This document shows positions 52,509-64,000 of a DNA stretch of 64,000 nucleotides, one piece after another; within the stretch, counting starts at the first letter, position 1, and each line of letters starts with the position of its first letter. Origin of the DNA: Okamejei kenojei (lineage: Eukaryota); the NCBI GenBank assembly GCA_035221665.1, contig CM069147.1, positions 12,772,001-12,836,000 on the forward strand, read 5' to 3'. The notes beneath the pieces are model-generated. The model was given only the letters and a program-made list of their open reading frames with translations. It was not told where the DNA came from and made no database searches. Made by a program: the position numbers and the translations under genes.

Positions 52509-54359
52509 GAGCATTTCAAGAAATACTTGTATTGCCATATTATTTCATTCAAGCGTTTTTGCTGCCATCTTTACTATCCAAACTGCTCTGCCTGTTTGCA
52601 ATGCCCTTTTTGTTCATGGAAAATTGATTTAACTAACATTTTGTCCTTGATAGCCTTTGACTCGCTACAATCAGTAATACAATGCACGCTATTATATTAT
52701 TTAGAGTGGAATGTGTTAGTGGCTCCAGGTATCTCTCGCCCTTGTCCTTTGTGAGGTTGAATTTGGGAAGAGCTACCAGCAAGCTTGCTGAGGTGGAAGT
52801 GTAATAGAGAGAGAATGCCTAGAGTGGTAGAGGGGATGCCAATTACTGTAATTTATTCTGGATGATGTGGAGCTGCCCTCTATCCAATTAGGATGTATAA
52901 CCCGTGACCTTTTACAGCAAAGGATTAGAAGAACAAATCAGCAGAACACTCGGCCTCTGACCTGCTTTGGTGCTATAGTTTGGGGGCTAATCTCAATGAA
53001 GCAACCCCCGACTTTTCTTTTAAATCCTCCGTGTTATTTTGTTTTCACACCAGACCTGGCTTCAGTCTTGGTAAATGCTGCCCACAGGTTTTTGCGAACA
53101 TAAATTCATTGAGAAAGTCTTGCGGATATCTTTCTGGTCAGTTTTGTGCTAATTACCAAGACTTAAAACTACATTTGAACATTGCGTTTTTAGCCCCATG
53201 AAAACATTTCGAACAATTCACTGCTAATTTTCAGTGTGTTGGTCCCCCAGTGAGTGTTTCCATAACCTGTTAATTCAGTGGGCAGTGGTGAAAACCGCAC
53301 AGGGACGAGGGCAGATTTCGAAAACCTTTCAAATGAAATTACCTAATTAAGTTGGTATTGGTTATAACTGTTCTTGACGAGTTCCCTTTATAAACATGTT
53401 AACATACAGTTGGTGTGAATCTTCCTTGATGGCCAATCCACAAGTGCTGTTTACAGATCACTATATAAACTAGTCTAATATTAATTTTTAAAAATCATGA
53501 TGAAAGTACAATCTAAATCCTTGTGTTTAAGAATGCTAGATTCCTATTTCAGATCGTTAACTAAAGAGAAGGGGATCTGATTAAGTGGATTGATTTTGAA
53601 TGTACTGTAGATCTGCTAAGAGTCGTATCAATCCAATAGTTCCATAGGAGTGTCACATTCAGCAGGAACTTTTTTCAGGTTATCTATTACAAAATTTCCT
53701 CTTTATAATCTCTTGTGCTGTCTCATTTGCGATGTCCTGCCTTTAGCTGTGCTCAGCTGTTCCTTCAATCTTCTGAACTGTATCCTTCCCTAGTTGGAGA
53801 AATGTAATAGTGGTATTGACATAATTAACATTTGAGACTTTTAAATTTGTACATTGTAAAATGCATGATTGTTTGGCACGTTTGATAAAATAGTATATTT
53901 TCACTCTATGTTCTACAGAGATTAAAATTGGACAAGTCTCATGTTCAACCCTTGACAGAGACTCTTGTGGAAAGAAATAAGATGCATTATGAAGCTCTGC
54001 TTCTTAGTCCCTAAATTACAAGTTCTTCCTCTGTGACGGTTTCATTGAAAGGACTGTTGCAAATACATTCCTCTTGACGTTGAATTGTGAGGATTATGAA
54101 ATAAGACTAGCTTGCAGGAAGTGTAACTGTTAAACTTGAGATTGGCATGTGATGGTGTATTTTTTGCAAGAGCAACTGAGACCTGCGTATTAGGAAAATG
54201 TAGGGAAGCAAAGCAATTGATCATGTAATAGTCACAGATAAATGACAGCAACACCTCCACGGAAATGAGGGTTTTCTACAACAGTTAATTTTTCCATTTA
54301 ACATTTAAAAGCATGCCTACAAAGTCCCACCAGAACATACTTGATAGTTGAAAAAACTA

Positions 54360-54545
54360 TCAATGGAATAACTCAATGGGTCTGACAGCATCTCTGGAGT
54401 ACATGGATATGTAACTTTTCGGGTTTGATTGAAGGGTCCCAACCTGAAACATCACCTATCCATGTCCACTAGAGATGCTGTGTGACCCAATAAGTTACTC
54501 CAGCACTTTTTATCTCTTTTTGGAAACCATCATCTACTATTCCTT
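54360..54545. mobile_element. Penelope-derived fold-back repeat
   Basis: Inverted partial copies of the family. Confidence 0.6.
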
Positions 54546-55909
54546 TATATCTCCATACTTGATAGTTCAACCTGGCAGCAGGAAGCAATTTAAAGTAACC
54601 TGGTCTTGGCTAGATCCCAAATGCCAATCTGCATTGCAACCTGCCAAGAAATTGTAGTTGGAATATAACCTGAATGGGAACATATTTTCCGCATCATTGC
54701 TATTAGCAAATTGCAATTAACAAGATGAGTAATAACTTTGTCCTCCTGTGAGCAATTTCTGTTCCTTGCACGTAAGCAATTACTTGCTTTTGTATATTGT
54801 CTTTCTCAACCATCACTGGATCATACCAAGACCTCTTGAGCCAGTGAAGCACTTTTGATGGGTGATCATTTATAATACTGGAACTATGGCAGCCAAATCG
54901 AGCAGTGACATTGCAAGCAATGACAGGAGACATGGCTATGAGATGAGATCAGGGCAATGTTTTTTTAATGCCTGCAAGGAAGACACCTGTACTCACCACC
55001 TTGCTTTTATTAATGTCATAGATTTTTATAATCCATCTGAGAGTGCATTTAGTCTCTGTTTAATGACTCTTCCAGAAGATGGCACCAATCACACTAAAGA
55101 TTTTAAAAGTAGGAACAGGTTGATCTTAATAATCACTTACCCGCACTAATCCCACAATCTTTTAATTCTCTTCAAGATGATTTTTAATTGTGAATATGCC
55201 GCAGTTCTCTTGCATAAAGAATACCAAAGATTCACTACCTCTTATGGAAGAAATATATTCTTCTGAATGGCTAGTCTTTCATTTTGAGACTGGGACCCCT
55301 GTCTGTGCAACCTACTTCCTCCATCTCAAGCTTAGATTTGTTTTTTACGATTAACTGTCTGGAGTAGGACTTTAGAAACTCCAGCAGTGAAAGGTGAAAC
55401 TGTTGATCCTGATCATTTGCAAAAAAATCAAAGATCTTGGAACTTTCTAAAAACAAAATTTATGTACTTGAATCCAAATGCCTGTAATATATGAACAGAA
55501 CTAAGTGTATCAGTATGCACTTATCTAATTATTACCCAGTCTGTTTTTCTATTGTGTTAATTCCCTTATAGGAAGCAGCATCTGATACTGCCAGAAAAGT
55601 TGTTGTCTCCTACTGTTATCTGTGAAAACTGAATCCTATCGAGTTAGTGTTGCAGCACTAGAAAAGTGTGCCATCAGCTATTAGAGAGAGACAAGACTGC
55701 AGATGCTGGAAGAAAACTAAGGTCTGGAGGGCATCTGTGGAGGGAATGGAGAGACAACATTTGGGTCCAGCTGAAACGTGTCTGTCCATTTTCCTCTACA
55801 GATGCCACCTGACCCAGAGTTCACGTGGCAACATCGATTCCTTTGAAATTAACAACAGGAGTTTTAAACAAGTTTTTTTTTCCATCTGTGTAGCTTCCAT
55901 CTTTTATGG

Positions 55910-56357
55910 CAGTGGTCAGCAACCTAGTTCTGCAGAGGCCGGGTGGCATGTCTGTGAGCGGATGGCGGGCCACATCTACCACGTGTTCACATAGATCCCG
56001 TCCCGAATGGCAGGCATCAAATCACATGTTCACATAGATCCCGCCCCTTCGAGGACGCCACCCGGAGCACTGGCCCCTAGTTACGGGTGCTCACGAACAT
56101 GGCTTATCTATGGACCGTTGCCTTGGCTCTCCTGAAGGCGGTGGCTCACATACTCACACTCGCTCGTCCCCAGCCTATTGACTACCCTGATCCTGATAGT
56201 GAAGCCCAGACATAGAAGGTGCTCGGCCGTGCCGGCGGCTTTGCACAGGATGCAGTACAGCCAGAGCTCTGCCCCGCTCGGGCGGATGACTACAGATAAA
56301 AACAATACACCTGCAGGACGGATAATTTTGGCCCAGGGGCCGTAGGTTGCCGTCCCG
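55910..56357. mobile_element. hAT-type MITE
   Basis: Perfect 8-bp TSD ttttatgg (55902-55909, 56358-56365). Imperfect TIR cagtggtcagcaacct / aggttgccgtcccg. Internal direct repeat tgttcacatagatcccg x2. Confidence 0.8.
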
Positions 56358-57637
56358 TTTTATGGCCTAGGTTAGTTAATGCACAATTTAAAACAGATGG
56401 CATATGATTTGCCTCGCCAAGTATTTAAAGACTTTGGGATCCGTTTAAAATTTAGAAATGCCAACACCATAGCCCATCCCATGCAGGTGACCCGTGTGGG
56501 CCAATGGAAACTAGTGTCAGGAGGTTTTTAAATATTATAGGAATGAATTGTGCTTAATCTTCTACTTCCTTATCCCCTATCTTTGCCTGTTCTGCTCTTC
56601 ATGGCTCTTGTCCATTGTGATTATGGGGTTGATTGTCACGAGGCCTGGATTCCACAGTTGTCCAGGAGGCAGCAATTGGACCACCATCAATGTATTCTAA
56701 GCTTCTGACTCCTGAACACACGTGGCCTGGGACAGCATACAGCATATTGGATGCCTTTTGAACTGCTTTTAAGAAATCAATGAAACCTGATTTCAGAAGC
56801 TTGGTAGAATACCAAAAGGCATGGGTTAGATCAGGGTAAATTAGACATTCACTGTCACTCCAATTGCTGACTTTCAATTAGGTATATTACTGAGAATTGG
56901 GTGTCACTTAAGTGGTGCAATGTCAGGTCTAGGTTAAATGTAAGAACTGCTTTCCTACAGTATTAGGACCAGGCTGCCAAGTTGTGTGGTACAATTCCGT
57001 ATTCCAAGCACTGGAGCAAACTAGAAGGTACTTGAGAAATTTGGGACTTTGATCTGAGCCTGATTCTTTTTTCCCTTTTTGATTGGCTGGATGGATCAGG
57101 AATTCCCCAAACAGGTCTGGCTTTTTTCCCCTCCTGGGGAATTGCAATGTTTTTGGTGGGGATGGGGGCAAGCATATGTAAATGAGGATGATATGGGATA
57201 GGTTGGAAGTACCAGTTTTAATTCCGTGTCGCACTGCTTTTGAACGACCTATAACATTCCAGGCCCAGCAAATGAAGCCAGTGCACTTTGAGAGCCTTTC
57301 TCATTGAGCACCCCCAGGTATGAACTTTGCACATACCATCACAGGGTTGTGCATCTTTTGCACTTTACATTATATATCATCTTGCCTACATTTAGGATAA
57401 TTCTATTCGTGTTCGTCACAGTGCTGTAGGTTCCTCTACATTTAACTGAAAGAAGAAAATGGGATCTTGGTTAAACATCTCATGGTCAGTGCTGCACTCA
57501 TAATCAGCAAGGTGTATGCTAGATAGATGTAGGCTGGCACCCACGCCAAGCAACTCTCTGTATGCTGATCCCAGAAGCGGATCGGCAATCATTCATTACA
57601 ATAGCTCCACTCCACGAACCAGAATTTCTTACTCAAA

Positions 57638-57926
57638 AGCCCCCGTCCCACTTTCCCGAGTTACTCACGAATTCTCCCAAGGTTTCCCCTTGATTCAAAC
57701 TCGGAGATGCCAGCCGTAGGTACTCGGGCTTTTTTTTTTTTACTCGTGGACATTTTTCAACATGCTGAAAAAACGTCCCAGCTTACCTGATTCCCCGAGT
57801 ACCTACGGCTGGCGTTACGAGCCGCTATGAGATATCTACGGACTCGCTACGTACATTCTCCGAGTTTGAATCAAGGGGGAAAACTCGGGAGAATTCGTGA
57901 GTAACTCGGGAAAGTGGGCCGGAGCT
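57638..57926. mobile_element. Palindromic MITE, PIF/Harbinger-like termini
   Basis: About 70-bp near-perfect terminal inverted repeats (cccactttcccgagttactcacgaattctccc...ttgattcaaactcggaga) plus inner inverted arms. taa on the right flank. Confidence 0.75.
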
Positions 57927-58385
57927 TAACTGCTCCAAATGATATTCCCATTGTCCTGTACACTGGATTGCAATTCAGTCTTTCTACTGAATGGATAGCA
58001 CACAACAACAAAAAAGCTATTCACTGTACCTAGGTACACATGCAAATAAACTAAGACTGAAGTGCTGACTGGCACAGTGAAGACCACTTATTATTTCTGT
58101 GGCATTAATTTTTTTTTATTCTGCACAGCCATGAACTGAAACCACAATCATTCTGCATGATCTCCCACCTTCATTCAATGAAACTCCTGTGTTACTCATT
58201 GACATGCTTACGTAACCTGATCTGGTTGTTTTTTGCACTATAAAAAGAGCATTGTACTCGCTGCCAGATATGTTGAAATGTTTACACCTAACTATTTCTA
58301 ACTTTTGAGTGTATCACTCTTAGTAATCCATTGGAGTATTAGCCTATAAAATAACACCTATTGGTCTATGGATGGTAGTTGTGCG

Positions 58386-59313
58386 GGAAGGAACTGCAGA
58401 TGCTGGTTTATAGGAAATATAGATACAAAATGCTGGAGTAACTCATCGGATAAGGCAGCACCACTGGAGAGGAGGAATGGGTGATGTTTCTGGTCGAGAC
58501 CCTTCTTCAGAATCTGAAGTCTGCAAGTCTTTCAGAGTCTAGAGCAGGGGTGGGGAACCTTTTCATGTTGGAAGGCCGCATTAAGTTGGCTGTAATCTAA
58601 TAAGGCCGCATCCAAGAAACTTCAATTAGATATAATTCAAAATGTACGTTATTTGGTAAAAATCTAACTTCAAGAAAATGAAAAAAAATTGTTAATTCTA
58701 AAGTTAATTAACCTTTTAATGACTTTGTGACTGCTTTCTGTGGGAAAGCATTTGAATATTTGGTTGCAACATGGAGGTACGCAGTTTCAGCTGATCTTCT
58801 AGATGGGTATCTGTCATTTGTGACCTTAAGGGTGTCTTGATTTGCGTTGGGTAGGAGAATGTAGATTCGCAGCAATAAGTGGTTGAAAAGCAAGAAAGCA
58901 TTTTTTGTGCATGTCAAAATTAACGTACATTCTAGAGAGTCGCATTAGAAATAAATCGTGAGCATAACAGGTGTTAAAATAGCCATCATGTTTGAATTGT
59001 GGCCGTCAGTCGGGGCGGATTAGTTAGTTGAATCTTCTTTTACTCTTTGGTATTTTAAATATGTTCATTTTAAGATAAAAATTAAAATAATAAAAGACGA
59101 ACAAAACATATAATAAAAATAAAAGGATTTGTTCTACAAAATTTGGATTCATTCAAAAGGCCACACTTAATGGCCTAGAAGGCCCCTTGAGGCCGCAGGT
59201 TCCCCACCTCTGGTCTAGAGTCTGAAGAAGAGTCTCAACCCAAAATGTCAGCCATTCCTTCTATTCGGGGATGCTGCCTGTCCTACTGAATTACTCCAGA
59301 ATTTTGTGTCTAT
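58386..59313. mobile_element. Penelope-derived fold-back split by the hAT insertion
   Basis: Minus arm at 58386-58512 and plus arm at 59220-59313 flank the hAT element. Confidence 0.7.
58545..59212 (-). mobile_element. hAT (Charlie/Buster-type) deletion derivative retaining the transposase C-terminus
   Basis: 16-bp TIR caggggtggggaacct / cagaggtggggaacct. Perfect 8-bp TSD gtctagag (58537-58544, 59213-59220). ORF 58716-58901 (FSTTYCCESTFS...RSQMTDTHLEDQLKL...KQSQSH) resembles the hAT dimerisation-domain tail. Confidence 0.9.
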
Positions 59314-61556
59314 GGATAATAGTTGCTGTGTGACTACTTTCACTCCTTTTTTAAGGGACTAACTGCGGGTTGGAGTACTGCAATAATTTTTGATATTCAA
59401 CATGGAAAATATCGAATTTGGGTAATGAGTCAGTACCAACTATAAACCACCCATTCCCAACCCTTGCCTGTTCAGCCCCATTTTTATCCACTTCCCCTGC
59501 CCTCATGCTTGATGTGGTGGAATATAATGGTAACTCCAAACACCAACTCCCAGACCATACAAGGTCGTGGTGTGTTGGATCTGAGGATCTTTTACCATCT
59601 TAAATACCAGAGGATGGGGCTTGTTTGAATGCAGTCGCTATGGGGAAGATGCACTGCTGCCCGAACAGAGGGATAACACCACAGCTTGATAATGGAGCCC
59701 AATCAGTTAGGATCAAATCGGGACGGACAATTACAGTACCATGCAAGATTTGTTCCAATGTAAAATAGAGATTCCAGTTATATAGATGTTTTCATCATGG
59801 TGCAAATAAATGAGGAACTGAAAGAGGGATAAAGCCTGATGGGTATCTTTGTGCTTGAATGATATTTGATTTTTTTTTAAACCTGAACAAATTAAGTCTC
59901 AACTGACCAAGGAACAAAAAATTATTGAAATGATACATTTTTATGCAGCATTAAATTTTCAATGCTGAAAGAAAAGTGTTTAATTTTGCACATGTGTATA
60001 TTCCAGATTAACAACAGCACAACACTTCCACTCAAGGGTCTCAATTTTCAACCACCCTGTTAGTAATTTTGTAATTCAAGAAAATTCTTTATTCTTCCAA
60101 TGATAGGAGGGGAAAAAAAACGTATTGTGGTTCCCTTTAACTAGATGTTTTAATATGAAATACATGGACGTTTTTCTGTCCTGCAGTGTAGTCAGTCAGA
60201 AGGGCCCTGATGTGATGACTGAATAAAAGCTGCTTCTAAAGAGATTCATTGCGATTTAAATCGTCTCTTGCAGTGCTGTCAATAAATAATATCCTATTAT
60301 GTCATCAATGAACTGCAGGATGGGAAGAGGTCACTTTGTGCATTTCAAGTACTAAATCTGATGTAACATGAATTTTAATTTTTTACTATGATGTTGAAAA
60401 GCTACTTTATGAAATGTTACTAATCGCATCTGAGAGTAATGTTAAATCTAAATACATGCTTCAGTCAGCTGAGCAGTTCAAATTCTGGAATTTACAGCAG
60501 CAGTAGACAGTTTAATGATGTGAACAGAAATCAAATGACATTTATCTGCTTCTCAAATTGTCAGCTATTGCTTTAGCAAATCAGACCATAAAATAATTCA
60601 ACCATTTTCTTTAGTGGTCTGGCAGAGTAGTAGTTGCAACAATTATCTGACACTCAAATTAACAACAACTTTAACAACAACTTCAACCATTTCAAGATTT
60701 TTTTGGCCGAAGGATCTGGAACATAAAGGGTGGTTTTGCATCGGGGGATGGACTAGCTGTCAGGCACCAGATGAAGTGTAATTGATTGTTAGATGAGGTA
60801 CTGAAGAGGGAGCAGCGACTGTAGCGATCCTAAATACAGTATATTTCTTAAATGCCTCAATATGCTTTAAGTGTGCAATCTAAATTTTGTTTGCTTGCAT
60901 TAGGGAGCTCTTCCTCTAATTAAAGTAGTTCTATGGCTGTGTGTAGTTAGGGGTAGTTGGAAGAGGGGTGAGAAGGAAGAGAATGTAACTGGACCTAAAA
61001 CTTTTGTTGCCTATGTGTCCTTTATACAAATGTTTTCTATGAAGATGTGACCATTCCTAGGTATTTTCCAGTGTATTTTGGATGGTGGTGTATCCTGCAA
61101 TATTGTATTCATTTTACCGAGAACAAATATTTCTGACTCTCCTGGAATCTAAATTGAACATAGCAGAAAGATTTGGAAAATTAATCTGTCTTTTGCTCCC
61201 TCGGTATTACAATTCTCTATGGTTTTACCAAGATAAGTGATTTTCCCCTTTTGATCATTCAATATATCTAAACTCGATAAAATGAACTTATTGCAATGCC
61301 AAATTTAAACTTCACTCTAAGCTAATACTTTAAGTTCTTAATATAAACCCTACAACCAAATCTCTGCCACATTCTGGCTAGGTATCGGCTGGATTTTAAG
61401 GAGAGTTCTAACACTAGCTAAATCTGGTGGAAATATTTATTCTCTCTGATAAGTGAGATAAGTGCTGAATGCTTTTGATTTGACTTGATTTTGATTTAAA
61501 TGAAAAGTTCAAATGTTGCTTCAGAAATCTAACCAAACATTTGCATCTTTCTGCAG

Positions 61557-62404
61557 CTGAAGGTGACTGTGGGGCGTTTGGCACAAATTCTCTCCTACGC
61601 AAGAAGAAAGGTCTTCATGTGCTACGGCCTGTCTATCACAAGTCAAAGCCTCACATTTTGATTGGAATGCCCCAGGATTTCCGACAGATCTCTTCCATTA
61701 TTGATGTGGACATCCTTCCAGAAACTCACCGCAGAGTCCGTCTTCACAAACACGGCTCTGACAAACCACTTGGATTCTACATTCGCGATGGGGTGAGTGT
61801 ACGGGTGGCCCCTCAAGGGGTGGAAAAGGTTCCAGGTATCTTCATCTCCAGGCTTGTCCGAGGTGGCTTGGCAGAGAGCACTGGCCTGCTTGCGGTGAAC
61901 GATGAAATACTAGAGGTCAACGGGATTGATGTCGCCGGGAAGTCACTGGACCAAGTGACTGACATGATGGTAGCAAACAGTCACAATCTGATCATTACCG
62001 TGAAACCAGCAAATCAACGCAATAATGTCATTCGCAGCAGCAGGGCCTCTGGCAGTTCTGGTGTTTCCACGGACAGCAGTCCAAGCCAGCACAATGTCAT
62101 AGCTACTTCGCACTATGCCAACCACTACAGTGCAGCCGAAGGAGAGAGTGAAGATGAAGGCGATCTAATAATTGAAAACGACATGCCATCATACATTCCA
62201 AAAACAATGTTCCCAAATTATGTGAATGGAGATCTTACAAAAAAGCTGCAGCATAACCTCTCCCTAAACAGCCCACTGTTAGACAGCAAAGAAAACAAAT
62301 ATAAAGGGTCCTTAAACTCTTTGAACACACACAGTGACAGTCCTGGCAAAATAAGTTCAAGCCATGGAAACATGCGAGAAGATGGAACAATGATAACACT
62401 ATAG
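61557..62404 (+). CDS. PARD6A: Par-6 coding exon 3 (semi-CRIB, PDZ domain, C-terminal tail ending EDGTMITL)
   Basis: Acceptor tctttctgcag| ends at 61556. Phase matches exon 2 (G+CT = Ala). [17 protein letters not shown] semi-CRIB and [19 protein letters not shown]. Spliced CDS 63+223+848 = 1134 nt, 377 aa plus stop. Confidence 0.95.
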
Positions 62405-63629
62405 ACAATTTTCCTTTATAATCACTTTTATATAAAATTTCCAAGTCCTTCGTGGTTAAGGAGGTTGGAATCTAATCAATTTTCACAAAGATATTTGATG
62501 CCAATGGTGAATCTGGAGGTTAGAAGTATTTATGAAAGCAAAAGAAAAATCGTAATCGCTTGTATGAAGGATCTTTGACGAAGAATTGTGCGTATTTGCA
62601 TCATGTTTCATTTTCAATGTCAATGTCCAAGATTCTGTTTAGAAGCCAACCTCTTGAACTGGTTCCTGTTTAATAAAACTGGAATGCATCACATTATGGA
62701 GCAGCATTTGAACAGATGTTACCTGCAATTGGAGACAAATGTATCTTGTGAAATTGCAATACAAGAGTTTTTAAAAATGCAGGTTCACTATCTTCATATC
62801 ATGGAACCTGTACATCGCATCAGTGACCTCATTGTTACAAATGTAAACTTACAAACTACTTATTCAGCATTATTTGCATTTATCCAATTTGAGAGCAGGT
62901 GTCCCCTTTTTCCTATGGAAAACAATTAAAAAACTGATTAAACGTGGACAGGATTTCAGTGGAGCATAAACCTTTCGTGAAGTAGCTGCTCTGCTCCCTA
63001 AAAGGATATTTGAGAGCTTTGCAATTTTAAACTTGTGGATTTCCTGCTGTAAGGCAGATTCTTCCTTGGTGGTATGAGGGTGTCCTGTATTGTATTTTTT
63101 TAACCTACCTGTATCTTAAATTTTAAGAAACTCTGCTGGCTTCAGTACCTTTTAAAACCATGCTGCTTGACATATTCTTTCTGTATTGCACACATTTTGT
63201 ACTTTTCTCTCCTTAAACAGAGCACTGTTCGTCACTGAGATAAGTAACCATCAATAATACTCCAACGTCTGTGTACATTAGATGACAAAGAGCACTTTTT
63301 GGCATACTTTCAGAAAAAGGTCAGTGTAGTTACTTCCAAGGTTAATTTATCTACAGTGTACCATAAATTAATTAATAGATTAAAATTGGTCAAAAGCTTC
63401 TTATTTTTAATCTCTTTCATTAAATGGAAATTCTCACTGACAAACCTGGGGCACACAAGGCGGCATTGTCATCTAAAGAAGCTTTACAATGTCTGTAATT
63501 GGGTTTAAATTATATGGAAACACTTGGGAATGAATTTGAAGACATTTCACTTTTTATCCACATAAATATAGAGACAATTGTTGTTGAGGTTTTGGGGTAG
63601 TCTAAACTTGACAAACAGGTTGGTAATTA

Positions 63630-63832
63630 GAAGATAGGCACAAAGTGCTGGAGTAACTCAACAGGTCAGGCAGCATCTCTGGAGGAAAAAGGATGTATAA
63701 TGTTTCGAATCCGCAGAAGGGTCCCAACCAGAAACGTCACCCGCCCTTTTTCTCCAGAGATGCTGCCTGATCCGCTGAGTTATTCCAGCACTTTGTGTCT
63801 ATCTTTGGTATAAACCAGCATTTGCAGTTCTT
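63630..63832. mobile_element. Penelope-derived fold-back repeat downstream of the Par-6 CDS
   Basis: aagataggcacaaagtgctggagtaactca... and ...tgagttattccagcactttgtgtctatctt form inverted arms. Confidence 0.75.
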
Positions 63833-64000
63833 ATCTGCACAGGTTGGTAGTTTAGTATCGGCACATTCATTTCCAGCAGAACTGGATGCACTTTGTTAGA
63901 GTATAATTGTGCAACTTTACTAATAATTTAAAAATAGTAGAAATTAAGTATGAGCTCCTTGTATAGACCCTGTAGGTGATCTTGGTAACCTGGAGCCTTT

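Larger units (their letters stand above)
4548..61556 (+). other. Intron 2 of the Par-6 gene (57,009 bp, GT-AG)
   Basis: Bounded by the phase-compatible donor and acceptor of exons 2 and 3. The spliced protein has no missing Par-6 segment. Confidence 0.88.

Noticed and set aside
61557-61562. Alternative acceptor (aag at 61560-61562) that would drop two codons in frame
   Set aside because: The upstream cag has the polypyrimidine tract and restores the conserved R-A-E junction. No evidence without RNA data.
1-64000. Prokaryotic-type systems (operons, CRISPR arrays, retrons) and tRNA/rRNA genes
   Set aside because: The sequence is a spliced vertebrate locus. The tRNA-like segments are SINE heads, and no repeat-spacer array is present.

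Overview
Eukaryotic, AT-rich vertebrate DNA. The repeat families (HE1-like SINEs, CR1, Rex1/Babar, Penelope) point to a cartilaginous fish, probably a skate or ray (inference). The window holds one complete protein-coding gene, a Par-6 polarity protein best matching PARD6A, on the + strand. Its three coding exons (3611-3673, 4325-4547, 61557-62404) give 377 aa, with a 57-kb second intron packed with mobile elements. Most ORFs in the supplied track are spurious or transposon remnants. Highlights: (1) a ~143-bp retroposed insert with a target-site duplication whose 5' end is a compact CPEB3-like HDV-type ribozyme (19635-19688, minus strand); (2) a 3-kb element with 20-bp CATAGAG terminal inverted repeats and a decayed, intron-split THAP domain (P-element-like); (3) about 20 Penelope-derived repeats carrying minimal hammerhead motifs, often as fold-backs; (4) a non-autonomous Helitron with both termini intact; (5) several hAT elements with TSDs, some nested in other elements. 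All calls were made by eye; most repeat boundaries are approximate.
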